Source: an uncultured virus (IMG/VR IMGVR_UViG_3300025132_000025) (Duplodnaviria; Heunggongvirae; Uroviricota; Caudoviricetes). From it: DNA of 64,000 nt. The stretch is from the IMG/VR virus record IMGVR_UViG_3300025132_000025. The stretch is one strand, 5' to 3'. The position numbers and the translations under genes were made by a program. Below are positions 30,901-37,358 of this stretch, piece by piece. Below the pieces are notes generated by a model, which was not told the origin of the DNA, did not search any database, and worked only from the letters and a program-made list of their open reading frames with translations. Positions within the stretch are counted from its first letter, which is position 1. Each line of letters opens with the position of its first letter.

Positions 30901-32972
30901 ATCCTGGTACTTGTTTAGCTGTAGCAGTAACTGCATCGTTTGCATCATGTGCAGCTTGTTTAGGTTCACAGATGTGGGAATGTGATCCAATGGGAGGATG
31001 TAATTGTGTACCATCAGCAGGAGCAGGGTTTGCAACCCAAGCGGCATGTTTAGCAGATCCACCTTGTTGTCCTAATCCAGACTCATGGGATTGTGACCCT
31101 GTTACAGGAACATGTTATGATCCAGGCACAGGCCTTGGTCAGTACGCTAGTGTATCGGCATGTATACAAGATTGTGGTACACCAGAATCATATAATTGTA
31201 TTTATAGTGCATCTACTAATCAGTATAGTTGTTCTGATCCAGGAGATGGTTCAGGTACCTTTGCAACATTAGTTGATTGTACTACTGCAGTATCTACGAA
31301 TACACAACCGTGTTATGTAGAATCATATAACTGTGTTGTAAATAATGGAGTAACACAATGTCTAGATCCTGGAGATGGAAGTGGAGCATTCAATAATACT
31401 AATGGAGGTTTAGCAGCTTGTGCTGCATGCAACGGATGTCCAACAGATCCAACATGTGCCGGAGTAACAGTAACATATGACTGTGATCCAGCATTTGGAT
31501 GTATACCAAACTATGCAGGAACAGGACAATACCCAACCTTACAAGATTGTGCTGTAGACTGTGCTAGTTACGAACCAGAAGAAGGAACATTTGAAACTAC
31601 ATGTGAGAATTGTTTAGATGAAATAGATATGAAAAAGTTCTTTGATAAAGTAGCTGATGTATGTGATGATTGTAATGTACCATTTGGATTAACTGATCAA
31701 GAAGTAACGTGTGATACAGGATGCTTTGGTAATAGTAATATATATGTATTCCTAGATATAACTTCAACATTTGGAGGTACATTCCTAGAAAGGTTACAAA
31801 AAGCTGTACAGTTTAAAGTAGATGTAATTGAACCTGCTTTTGCTCAGATACAAACAGATAATCCAACATACTCAGGACATCTATATATTATTCCTGGGGC
31901 TTGGCCTCACGGGTCACAGTTTGGTCCTTGTAATAATTGTAATGGAACAGGAGCAGCAGCACCAGGTAGTAATACAGCACCAGAAGATTGGTTGGCTTGG
32001 GTTAACTATCCGATGAGTGGTAATGCGGGAGCAAATGGAGCCGGAGCAAACCCAATGGCAACAGGAACTTTACCTGCAAACCAGAGAACAATTATGGGAC
32101 ACACAATGGTTAATGGAGTAGGAGGAGCACCATTTGATTGTAATATACCAGCATACGAGGCTGCTGTACACGGACCTTTATTACAACAGTTAATGATCTT
32201 ACCTGGTTCTTATAACACAGATGGATTTAATCAGGTTAACCCATGGCAAGATCCTATAGGCCAAGAAGGATTTAGTGATCCTTATCATGAATTTGAGGGA
32301 GGAGATAATGACGCTATTGTGATTATATTCCAAGATGAGTCTAGAGGTAATCCAGGCGGATACCATGAAACCAATACTAATGTTAATCAGTGGGGAGGTA
32401 CTTGTGGAAATGCGTTATGGGGAGGTGCTCCAGGTATTAACTGGCACAGTATAGGAACAGGACCAGCTAATGCGCTACAGCCACAATGGAAGAATGATTA
32501 TAATAACTTTATGAGTCTTCATGAGTTTGGTTGGAATGCAAGCGGAGTGTCTAATGCTGCTTCATCATCATACAATGTTACATTAAAAACAATGATATAT
32601 GCAGGGTCTTGGGTTGATCACAGTACAACAGCTGTTGTAGATACAAGAAGAGATTTCTTATATCACTTAATGGGAGCAGTAGGAGCTCAGAGTCTTGATG
32701 CAAATATATCTTTTGCTGGTCATATAGATTGTGCAAGTTATGTAGGTGTTCCAGCAATGTACGGATTCGAGTGTTTTGTAGCAACAGATGTTACTATACC
32801 AAATCCATATATGGGAGCAGCAGGCGGGGGAGATCCTACGCTTACTACTGGTTATCTGGGAGGTTCATTAAGTAATTATAACATGACTTTCCATATACCA
32901 GATTATCCGATAATGGATCTAAGTTCTACAATGTTGTATGATTTATGGAAAGAATATTTATCAGATTGCTAA
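21978..32972 (+). CDS. Giant (3664 aa) Cys-rich modular tail fibre/adhesin with beta-propellers, matrixin-like metalloprotease and C-terminal VWA-like domain
   Basis: Uninterrupted ORF in the tail-fibre module; repeated CYKLxxC...CWxV...YxDCxxC units; HEILHAFGYGH plus ALMGP Met-turn; NIYVFLDITS...IVIIFQDES. Confidence 0.75.
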   Translation: MAQEDFQKWFTGFRMKTSTVGGATPPINSNVPDREANFSTATVTARTAMTIGGETYNAGDVMAFSDGHYIYNRTANVMGGALNTGSIKSMPQSVSIVPVPDFLAQNIGGTDYRGKLFWVFSNGHHNGIRIGVIDMTQNSGLGEFKNYAQSAQTPPSGILGTLKDSERGIGGRMTVICRRGMKGSDSQEEGYWVIAKQATKATDTFNDNGWYVWAITSINTTTKFPTISSGPAITPVVSNVGTNYTGWEDNGPHGIVDATPLEISPTAVNDHKLATIYRATVGTSVLTQENDTVEVLTFNGTTGAITNPTTKITKGFDKGPLGWPAPVSQPARYYNMYVCWSHDSTATTGYLYYGNYNVPAAAPGTPGLQILWNEINNLNVWSLTNLGSLEVEDNSGTNIWNSIGPGRIIGGIWRDPQKVGRIFVSTPEQTQQYTLAVSSSSPVWSMDYPEIYGTATVGVANPIQHCIIENADDPVTTNPTLSMVGTLDNATYYKYGAPQFTICATTAPTSPDISIKKCVGRQYVLDTEGSLYILDTAAPASTVNQVTTFGGLTNLVGMSINQYTDQHFIWSSPTGGNSISYSKFNSDTSLVANPVAIGGGNLATYADIPVMASSTGWVNAAGSGTSNAASLCKTQEGLGLKAGSTTLYSYVEIDTDANTINTYNAAAQIDISSAFSGALAGKTPTAAVVYKDHSTATIKQLWVAFGDRIAYLNRLTNSWTLVTATAPANITALQITNSGATPTIWVYSGAAGSTISHSGVPSAGAGFTFTAFATSIITDPGSFPWLKLPISIGGQNAAQYFDHSPLRITSSHPDYLVYESTCDDALNDTWKQAVTGEHRGCFYCGGEITDWKHDVTCDWLLPDQTFSQCRFCVEDLFDECVALYPCCNIETDPPLTSGMGPVELPGIVTNTGSVTVGNTYSASAGGATPVCSVAVTPENHFWFTSEDGNIYSIDNSILGTCSISAFSVQNGLIPDLKDVTFDKHGNVIYTSSVSDISWASALTVNYISPGELISNTFNVPQCLDYDYSATGHIVGGDMVAAVATFTRYTNSLGGGLAIATTVTNATISLGYDLTVDYNSGDYFVLGDETGGGGLNKLLSIDDANGNHTLISDIATVCSFVAGQNAYGIERIRTAQSTSAMYVLSAIQIGLGPIEIYLHELTDDGSTQVSVIPLTNPVTATNSWTNIPTGLGYNDVCSKWPNNIDPNLTNYTDCNTCISDPSTEDCCYKLTNCDTGAIQYSTQGLLDPYVGGVIRLTGDTCWEVERSLYCNSPVTVIPATSPGPYADCAACDVPDPIYYKLPKCGDASNVVYTVNGATAVSTPGIDGYFAAGVVVNLTGECFCREVQLNPSGPQGTEANLSVASTQVDCANCIYYLRVEDCVTGAIINVDYASSTTLHPFIGAANAHDITIGGVAQDNCFKVLVGCIGPTTVTYPTAAITASYADCAACATAGQTCVKVSHCCGTSYVPDQIVNVTTGITAADVGAVVQADITVAGVIYTGCWTVSANADCVGVLPDADVNAINTATVGTGNMPDCTYCLIDPCPLECTLLESCTDPGITITVSGGLGNSIGTDVVELSGQLGCWKQCLTSGNPIAGTHWFYGERLGIDFSSGAPVSDMNGMSDMLTYNASNAIGADAWTFRGSAVHSATEAATLGGHAFAAGDLMFYTDGHYIYDRTHTKMNLDSGAVHKGDANVGTVGDDGKTFPAQGALVIPNAAGGLVGNVWKQYYVIQNSCHNGPIKWSIVDMTLNSGKGEVLAASANTTLVASAAEMMCVNTTTGIGSGAYWHFFFIPPMANGTDLNNQNIQAIKFSNAGIGTPFMAVDMPFGRWDSSNIQFSGEMVVNQTNDIIAIRTNQSKTGFNQNWILHVWGLNPTTALSATATTGLISNDGWNAGAQNGAYSWILGGSYQEQNVTFGGYTGFLGMDKPRTLAFSAGGDYLIYAYANYYEPSDPFNLPLVQSGWGLNVMKIKDYANELMITNGWVTPSSTNDGNTFDTDPNKYMFSFPVVGSSPNTTLSQKTFPDASTASGWLGGTPPDETRCNVAITDMTMGPDNNLWLSMVEWTQDDIYKLSIGQGQQVTNSLLRLSNPTSGVSIEDQLTFVTPVGSFDIGNRRMGERFPVWLNMPCPCDPANVISPDPTITATHTDCTDCAPPPNFCYKLTECECTGGTSGYNQCAVNDPATMPAPMVTYGKSWSPTCTSGNVTQRWQAIVNAVQALGTTASPGIAQTVNFSYSFINDGATFPLGGGYPGFGPAKAVEQGPGTANPTGTSSACAPYNKTYQITFVQFRAEMVTMFNNIKAMFEGMFNTNCGYGANLTVNFTDLGYETGYTAGDPAMGTNTIASSNGTSFTDSNGVAGIGDFRIGFADFGAIDGPCGNTGAASGILGLCFTGDINNNNPGIAKTSPYVGLLLFDANEDWRKAGDAVVANSFDLIRVGIHEILHAFGYGHDFLTFGPQAANCDCPCYQSDSTCPSMYPTPAGVIPNGDALMGPFATTASFGTVFPTGLMGPEGIYDRRATCGIYGNDDPNYACQDGVCLGSGCTYITEYSDDPALSAYVGGIITWDNGDAAGERCWTVEIENPCPAGVPLVNPVNLVSGNPTGDCDDCDPVSPCWTLDLCSCDTSMGAPAQIITTTDMSGYCDGTIGTGTVVEIDLYPGACYEINCAGPDPCPAAGTVAVVVTNTYPACVDCCSSTQTCYQLCPCTPSYDSCSAATLISTTIAGYSQNYQEYSVNTPTDTHNSKKLITGSLPSSSGVCYDNVTGNAIARLQGIRIYKCGTMNDPLDGMTNYYWSQAQSWSTARAELVAAGYGNATMDYDTMKAWLQANYVSLDGTLACFAINGGLCFCNSTCTVVTNDLSGQLGDVVTLGGAPPAPLNTTECYEVQACGTCGTGSCNPVGAVVINTVHPNCPDCVAGGGCICYKLTDCSDPNIVINNVCQSAALDTAFINGDIIQINGNTQTCWEIDCDDNNMCDPGTCLAVAVTASFASCAACLGSQMWECDPMGGCNCVPSAGAGFATQAACLADPPCCPNPDSWDCDPVTGTCYDPGTGLGQYASVSACIQDCGTPESYNCIYSASTNQYSCSDPGDGSGTFATLVDCTTAVSTNTQPCYVESYNCVVNNGVTQCLDPGDGSGAFNNTNGGLAACAACNGCPTDPTCAGVTVTYDCDPAFGCIPNYAGTGQYPTLQDCAVDCASYEPEEGTFETTCENCLDEIDMKKFFDKVADVCDDCNVPFGLTDQEVTCDTGCFGNSNIYVFLDITSTFGGTFLERLQKAVQFKVDVIEPAFAQIQTDNPTYSGHLYIIPGAWPHGSQFGPCNNCNGTGAAAPGSNTAPEDWLAWVNYPMSGNAGANGAGANPMATGTLPANQRTIMGHTMVNGVGGAPFDCNIPAYEAAVHGPLLQQLMILPGSYNTDGFNQVNPWQDPIGQEGFSDPYHEFEGGDNDAIVIIFQDESRGNPGGYHETNTNVNQWGGTCGNALWGGAPGINWHSIGTGPANALQPQWKNDYNNFMSLHEFGWNASGVSNAASSSYNVTLKTMIYAGSWVDHSTTAVVDTRRDFLYHLMGAVGAQSLDANISFAGHIDCASYVGVPAMYGFECFVATDVTIPNPYMGAAGGGDPTLTTGYLGGSLSNYNMTFHIPDYPIMDLSSTMLYDLWKEYLSDC
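25650..30962 (+). repeat. About 9 degenerate Cys modules (CYKLTxC...G.V....CWxV....YxxCxxC) in the giant fibre
   Basis: Protein-level repeats: CYKLTNC, YYKLPKC, YLRVEDC, CVKVSHC, CTLLESC, CYKLTEC, CWTLDLC, CYQLCPC, CYKLTDC. Confidence 0.75.
30975..31565 (+). repeat. Five short Cys repeats ([WY]xC....C.DPGxGxGx[FY]....C...C)
   Basis: WECDPMGG..., WDCDPVTG..., YNCIYS..., YNCVVN..., YDCDPAFG... Confidence 0.7.
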
Positions 32973-32989
32973 TTATGAAAACTTTTTTA

Positions 32990-32997
32990 TATATTTG
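32990..32997 (+). promoter_or_regulatory. Bacteroidota -7 promoter element (TATATTTG)
   Basis: TAnnTTTG match just after the giant fibre gene. Confidence 0.65.
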
Positions 32998-33001
32998 CAG
33001 A

Positions 33002-33130
33002 ATGTTTAAAAATAAAAAATCAAAATACTACTGGGATGTAACACGGAATATGACGCATGAACAGGCACAGAAGTATTTAAAAAAGGGGAAAATAAAAAGA
33101 ATGTTTAACAAACTTAAAACAATAGTTTAA
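33002..33130 (+). CDS. Small basic protein (42 aa), possibly leaderless
   Basis: MFKNKKSKYYWDVTRNMTHEQAQKYLKK...; ATG 5 nt after the -7 element; TAATG overlap with the next gene. Confidence 0.5.
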   Translation: MFKNKKSKYYWDVTRNMTHEQAQKYLKKGKIKRMFNKLKTIV

Positions 33131-33447
33131 TGGGAATACAGAAAACAGATGTTTCTATGCTTGCTAAAGTTAAGTCTTTAGGTGCTTCTTTCTTTGAGAA
33201 ATTTGTATCTACTAAGACGATGAATAAGAAGCTTACGGAACTTAATAATATAGGATTACGCGATTTAATTATTGCTACTGCAGTATCACAAACTACAGAC
33301 TTTGGAAGTCTTAAAGTAGGTGACATAGTTGTTATAATATTACCAGCAGCGGGAAATGCACAATTTGTGAGTATCTCAACAGCAGGAGATTTAGGACAAG
33401 CAGCAGTGGTAGGTCAATTATATATCGTATTAACTCCTAGCATGTAA
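33130..33447 (+). CDS. Small hypothetical/structural protein (105 aa)
   Basis: ORF track; beta-rich C-half. Confidence 0.65.
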   Translation: MGIQKTDVSMLAKVKSLGASFFEKFVSTKTMNKKLTELNNIGLRDLIIATAVSQTTDFGSLKVGDIVVIILPAAGNAQFVSISTAGDLGQAAVVGQLYIVLTPSM

Positions 33448-33472
33448 TTAATATTAATTTAAAACAATAATC

Positions 33473-33898
33473 ATGAGTAAAGTAAAGACGCTAAAGGCGG
33501 AAACTACAACTAAGAAAGACTCTGTAAAAATTAAAAACAGAGATCTTCTAACTATTAGTCAAGGACTAGCTTACATTAACAGTAAGGAATCTAAAGTATG
33601 GCATACTATAACTAAAAATTTAGATAGTATACAAGAAGAGGTAATGGCTGTTAATGTAAAACACAAAGAACTAACTGATGAACTTGCAACAAAAGACGAG
33701 TTTGGTAATGCAGTTAGAACGGAGAATAATCAAATTGACTTTGGAGATAATATCGACAAAGCAACTGAGAGCTGGAATAATACACTTGATGAAGATGTTG
33801 AGGTAGTATTGTATCCAATTCAATTATCAGATCTTGAGGATCTAAATTTGGATGCTAATATAATGAAGCCTTTATTGGGATTAATTGTTGTTGAATAA
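33473..33898 (+). CDS. Hypothetical protein (141 aa), possible fibre assembly chaperone
   Basis: ORF track; helical and acidic; follows the fibre genes. Confidence 0.55.
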   Translation: MSKVKTLKAETTTKKDSVKIKNRDLLTISQGLAYINSKESKVWHTITKNLDSIQEEVMAVNVKHKELTDELATKDEFGNAVRTENNQIDFGDNIDKATESWNNTLDEDVEVVLYPIQLSDLEDLNLDANIMKPLLGLIVVE

Positions 33899-33909
33899 AA
33901 CATAAAATA

Positions 33910-34128
33910 ATGACGAAAAGAAGAATTTCAAACACAGAACTACATGAAAATATCCAGGATATTAAAGATGACGTTAGATTTATTAAAGCTAAACTTTTAG
34001 ATCCGGATACAGGAGTGACAGCTCGTGTAAATAGAAATACTTCGTTTCGTAAATCAACAACAAAAGTACTTTGGTCTATTTGGATAGCGCTTGCGGGAGT
34101 GCTTACCAAAATGCTATTCTGGGAATAA
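33910..34128 (+). CDS. Small protein with coiled coil and C-terminal TM helix (holin-like)
   Basis: VLWSIWIALAGVLTKMLFW TM segment. Confidence 0.55.
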   Translation: MTKRRISNTELHENIQDIKDDVRFIKAKLLDPDTGVTARVNRNTSFRKSTTKVLWSIWIALAGVLTKMLFWE

Positions 34129-34694
34129 TGAAATCTGATCCTAAAATATATATTATTTTAGGTCTGTTTGTATATATACTGTTCCTTCAGAATTGTTCAG
34201 ACACGCCAAAAGTTATCGATGAGATAACTACAGAAGTACATACTGATACGACTAGGATTACTGTTGTGGATACTGTTCAATTTGTTGATACAGTTATCCG
34301 CAAAGTAATCGTCAAAGTTACTGAGCCGGTTAAAATAGAAGGTAATATTAATGAATATGTTAATGAGTTTAGTGATAGTTTAATATCAGGAGAGGTTTGG
34401 ACTAGAGTAAATGGTAAGCTACTAGATCAGTCTTTTGATTATATTCCGAGTTTTCCTCAGTATATAATCCAAACTGATACAGTAATTATAAATACTAATC
34501 AAACTACTACAATTAGAAAAACTAATTTTAGTTTGAATGCGGGCATAGAGGTAGGAGGAAGTGTTGACAAATTTAACTTTTCTCCTATTGTGGGTTTTAC
34601 TACAAAGAAGAGCAATTCATATTTTTATAGATATGGAGTTCTTGATAAAACACACAGTATTGGAATAATGTATAATTTTAAAATAAACAAATAG
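34128..34694 (+). CDS. Membrane-anchored spanin-like protein (start moved to 34128)
   Basis: TAATG coupling; MKSDPKIYIILGLFVYILFLQNC hydrophobic segment ending in Cys; TDT/VDT repeats; C-terminal amphipathic beta strands. Confidence 0.5.
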   Translation: MKSDPKIYIILGLFVYILFLQNCSDTPKVIDEITTEVHTDTTRITVVDTVQFVDTVIRKVIVKVTEPVKIEGNINEYVNEFSDSLISGEVWTRVNGKLLDQSFDYIPSFPQYIIQTDTVIINTNQTTTIRKTNFSLNAGIEVGGSVDKFNFSPIVGFTTKKSNSYFYRYGVLDKTHSIGIMYNFKINK

Positions 34695-34695
34695 A

Positions 34696-35061
34696 ATGGG
34701 TGTATTAGATAAATATAGAATAAGGGGAGCAGTTAATACTCGCTTTAATCCAGGCAGAAATAATAATTGGGATTGGAATGAATTATTGACTACTATCGAA
34801 AATAACTTTGAAGCTAATTTTGATCTTGATGCTTTAGATGCTAGAGTTACAGCAAATACTGGAAAGATAGACACTAACGATGCAGCTATAGGAGTTAATA
34901 CAACTGCTATAGCTAATAATGTTAACGCTATTGCAGCTAACTTAGAAAAGAATAATATACAGGAAACTGAAATTGCAGCTCTAAATCTTAAGTTACAGCA
35001 GTTGTGTGCATGTTTAATTTCTAAAGTAGAAGGGTTCGAGTGTCCAGCTTGTGGTAAATAA
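34696..35061 (+). CDS. Coiled-coil protein with C-terminal CxxC
   Basis: N..AI heptad repeats (NDAAIGVNTTAIANNVNAIAAN) typical of trimeric coils; ECPAC. Confidence 0.6.
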   Translation: MGVLDKYRIRGAVNTRFNPGRNNNWDWNELLTTIENNFEANFDLDALDARVTANTGKIDTNDAAIGVNTTAIANNVNAIAANLEKNNIQETEIAALNLKLQQLCACLISKVEGFECPACGK

Positions 35062-35067
35062 TAAGAT

Positions 35068-36213
35068 ATGATACTACAAATAACGCACGAAGGTCAATTA
35101 GTAGGACGATATATTAGTTTAACCGAAGCGTCTGAAAGAACAGATATTGATAAAGGCAGTATCTGCAAAGTTTTAAAAGGTCAGCGTAAAAGCGCTGGAG
35201 GGTTTAAATGGGAGAGAGAAGAAGATGAAATTGATAATGATAATATAAATATCAATGATTCTGACTTTAACTCTTTATTAACCGCCGAAGGATTAGACCG
35301 ATCCAACGTCAAGTCTGTGAAGATATGGCAAACAATGAAGGGTCAAACTCGTTACTCTATAGTAACAAAAGAGGGAGATCAAGCGATGAGAGATGTGAAA
35401 GATGAGTTCTTTGAAAGTTTAAAATCTATATCCCCTACGATTCTAAAAAGATCGTATGATATAAAAAAGGAGAATCCTGTTGTATATGAAATATCTTTAC
35501 CAGATATTCATTACGGTAAGAGAACAGGTATTAGTCCTGAGCAGGCTGAGATTAATTATATGAATTCAATTCAGGAATTACATCAGCGAGCAGAAGGATT
35601 AAATATTGAAAGGTTCTTACTTCCTATAGGTAATGACGGAATGAATTCTGAAGGTGCTAGTAGGGCCACAACGAAAGGAACTCCTCAAGATGATACAATG
35701 GACTGGCAACAATCTTTTGTTGGGTATACAAAGCTAATGATAAAAGCTATAAATTATCTAAGCCAGTATGCTCCAGTAGATGTAGTAGTAGTTCAAGGTA
35801 ATCACGATCATGAGCGTATGTTTTATGCAGGTGAAGTTTTATCTGCGTGGTATATGCAAGATAAGAATGTTACTGTAGACAATAGTACAGAAGGAAGAAA
35901 GTACTATGAATACGGAACCAACATGATTATGTTTACTCATGGGGATAAAGAGAAAGCTGCACAGATGCCACTAATAATGGCTACAGAGCAGCCGATGATG
36001 TTTGCACGAACTAAATTTAGAGAAGTTCATTGCGGACATCTTCATAAAGAAATGGTTAACGAGTATAGAGGAATTAAAGTCAGATTTGTTCCTTCAATAT
36101 GCGCTAACGATTCTTGGCACAAACTGATGGGGTATTCCGCATCAAGATGTGCTCAAGCATATATATGGAATAAGGAAAAGGGATGTGAAGGTTATTTACA
36201 GGTAAATATTTAA
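35068..36213 (+). CDS. NUMOD1 domain fused to calcineurin-like metallophosphoesterase
   Basis: YISLTEASERT.IDKGSICKVLKGQRKSAGGFKW (NUMOD1); DIHYG, GND, GNHD, HGD, GHLH motifs. Confidence 0.8.
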   Translation: MILQITHEGQLVGRYISLTEASERTDIDKGSICKVLKGQRKSAGGFKWEREEDEIDNDNININDSDFNSLLTAEGLDRSNVKSVKIWQTMKGQTRYSIVTKEGDQAMRDVKDEFFESLKSISPTILKRSYDIKKENPVVYEISLPDIHYGKRTGISPEQAEINYMNSIQELHQRAEGLNIERFLLPIGNDGMNSEGASRATTKGTPQDDTMDWQQSFVGYTKLMIKAINYLSQYAPVDVVVVQGNHDHERMFYAGEVLSAWYMQDKNVTVDNSTEGRKYYEYGTNMIMFTHGDKEKAAQMPLIMATEQPMMFARTKFREVHCGHLHKEMVNEYRGIKVRFVPSICANDSWHKLMGYSASRCAQAYIWNKEKGCEGYLQVNI

Positions 36214-36217
36214 GCTA

Positions 36218-36946
36218 ATGACAAATTTAAATACAATAGTATACGATATACAAAACATAGCATATGGAGGCGAAAGCTCCGATGATGCAAGTTTAAGCTT
36301 TAGACAGTGTGCATACTGGGTAAAGCAAGAACGCTCTATGCTATTATCGCAGATGATGAGCAGAAAGGTTCGAGTACCTTCTGTTTGTGTTGAATATCTA
36401 AATTGTGTTTATTTGGAACCAGTCGACGCTTCAGAATGTTGTGAGCTCGAACTTGGGGTTCATGTGCTTAAATCTGTAAACCCTATTCCCACGACTATCC
36501 AGCGAAACGGTAGAGATAGTATATTAGCCGTAGAATCTTTAGATGGTATGAGACCTTTCTCAGAGACCACAGATACCCGCCGAAAGTGGAATAAGTATAA
36601 TAAATATACCGGCTCCAATCAAAGATGGTATCTAAAGAATGGCTACTTATATGTAAGTTGCGACATTCGTATAGAAGCAGTAAAAGTTACAGGAGTGTTT
36701 GAAGATCCAGAGGAAGTTTGGAAAATAAACCACTGCACGTCGTCACAGAATCCAATCCTTTCTGCTTGTGAATATGACTGGGAATACCCTTTTCCGATTT
36801 CATTATCTATGGCAGAACAGGTTACTAGTATAATACTTCAAAAGAGAATTAATATAATTTTAAATGCACCAAGCGATGAAGAAAACAACGCGAAAGACGA
36901 TGGGGCGCAAATGCAGCCAGCTCCTAGACAAAACTCCGCAGGCTAG
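36218..36946 (+). CDS. Tail ring/structural protein
   Basis: LN.IVYDI...SDD..LS.RQ...VFEDPEEV...YPFP pattern of crAss ring proteins; synteny. Confidence 0.65.
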   Translation: MTNLNTIVYDIQNIAYGGESSDDASLSFRQCAYWVKQERSMLLSQMMSRKVRVPSVCVEYLNCVYLEPVDASECCELELGVHVLKSVNPIPTTIQRNGRDSILAVESLDGMRPFSETTDTRRKWNKYNKYTGSNQRWYLKNGYLYVSCDIRIEAVKVTGVFEDPEEVWKINHCTSSQNPILSACEYDWEYPFPISLSMAEQVTSIILQKRINIILNAPSDEENNAKDDGAQMQPAPRQNSAG

Positions 36947-37358
36947 TTGTACCTTAGTACAAGCTTATAAGGAGTATGATGATTTTTACAATGTTGGGTA
37001 TAAGAAATACCGCAGCATCTGTGAAGCGTTTAATAAATTAATTATTGATGAAATATTATTAAAAGCAAAAGAGTTTAAGATGCCTTATAGATTAGGAAGT
37101 CTTAGAATCTTAAAAAAAGAAATGAATTATTCTTCTAGTAAGAATAAGTTAAAGATAGATTGGAAAGCTACTAATGAGAATGGTAAAGTTGTTTATCATT
37201 TAAATGATCATACTGATGGATTTAACTATCGTTGGTTTTGGTCAAAGAAAAAAGCTATAGTAAAGAATAAAACTATTTATAGCTTCCAAGCTACTAGAAC
37301 TAATAAAAGAAGACTAGCAGGATTATTAAAAACTAAACAAGTAGACTATTTTGAATGA
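36900..37358 (+). CDS. IHF-like protein (second homolog); start uncertain (36864 or 36900)
   Basis: FKMPYRLGSLRI...IDWKAT...YHLNDHTDGF.YRWFW, characteristic of the crAss IHF-like gene preceding the tail tubular gene. Confidence 0.7.
   Translation: MGRKCSQLLDKTPQASCTLVQAYKEYDDFYNVGYKKYRSICEAFNKLIIDEILLKAKEFKMPYRLGSLRILKKEMNYSSSKNKLKIDWKATNENGKVVYHLNDHTDGFNYRWFWSKKKAIVKNKTIYSFQATRTNKRRLAGLLKTKQVDYFE

Noticed and set aside
21978..32972. Diversity-generating retroelement or invertible cassette acting on the fibre
   Set aside because: No reverse transcriptase or recombinase, and no near-identical nucleotide repeat pair noticed in this window; the repeats are degenerate and protein-level
35068..35220. 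Free-standing homing endonuclease suggested by NUMOD1
   Set aside because: No HNH or GIY-YIG motif; the domain is fused to a phosphoesterase
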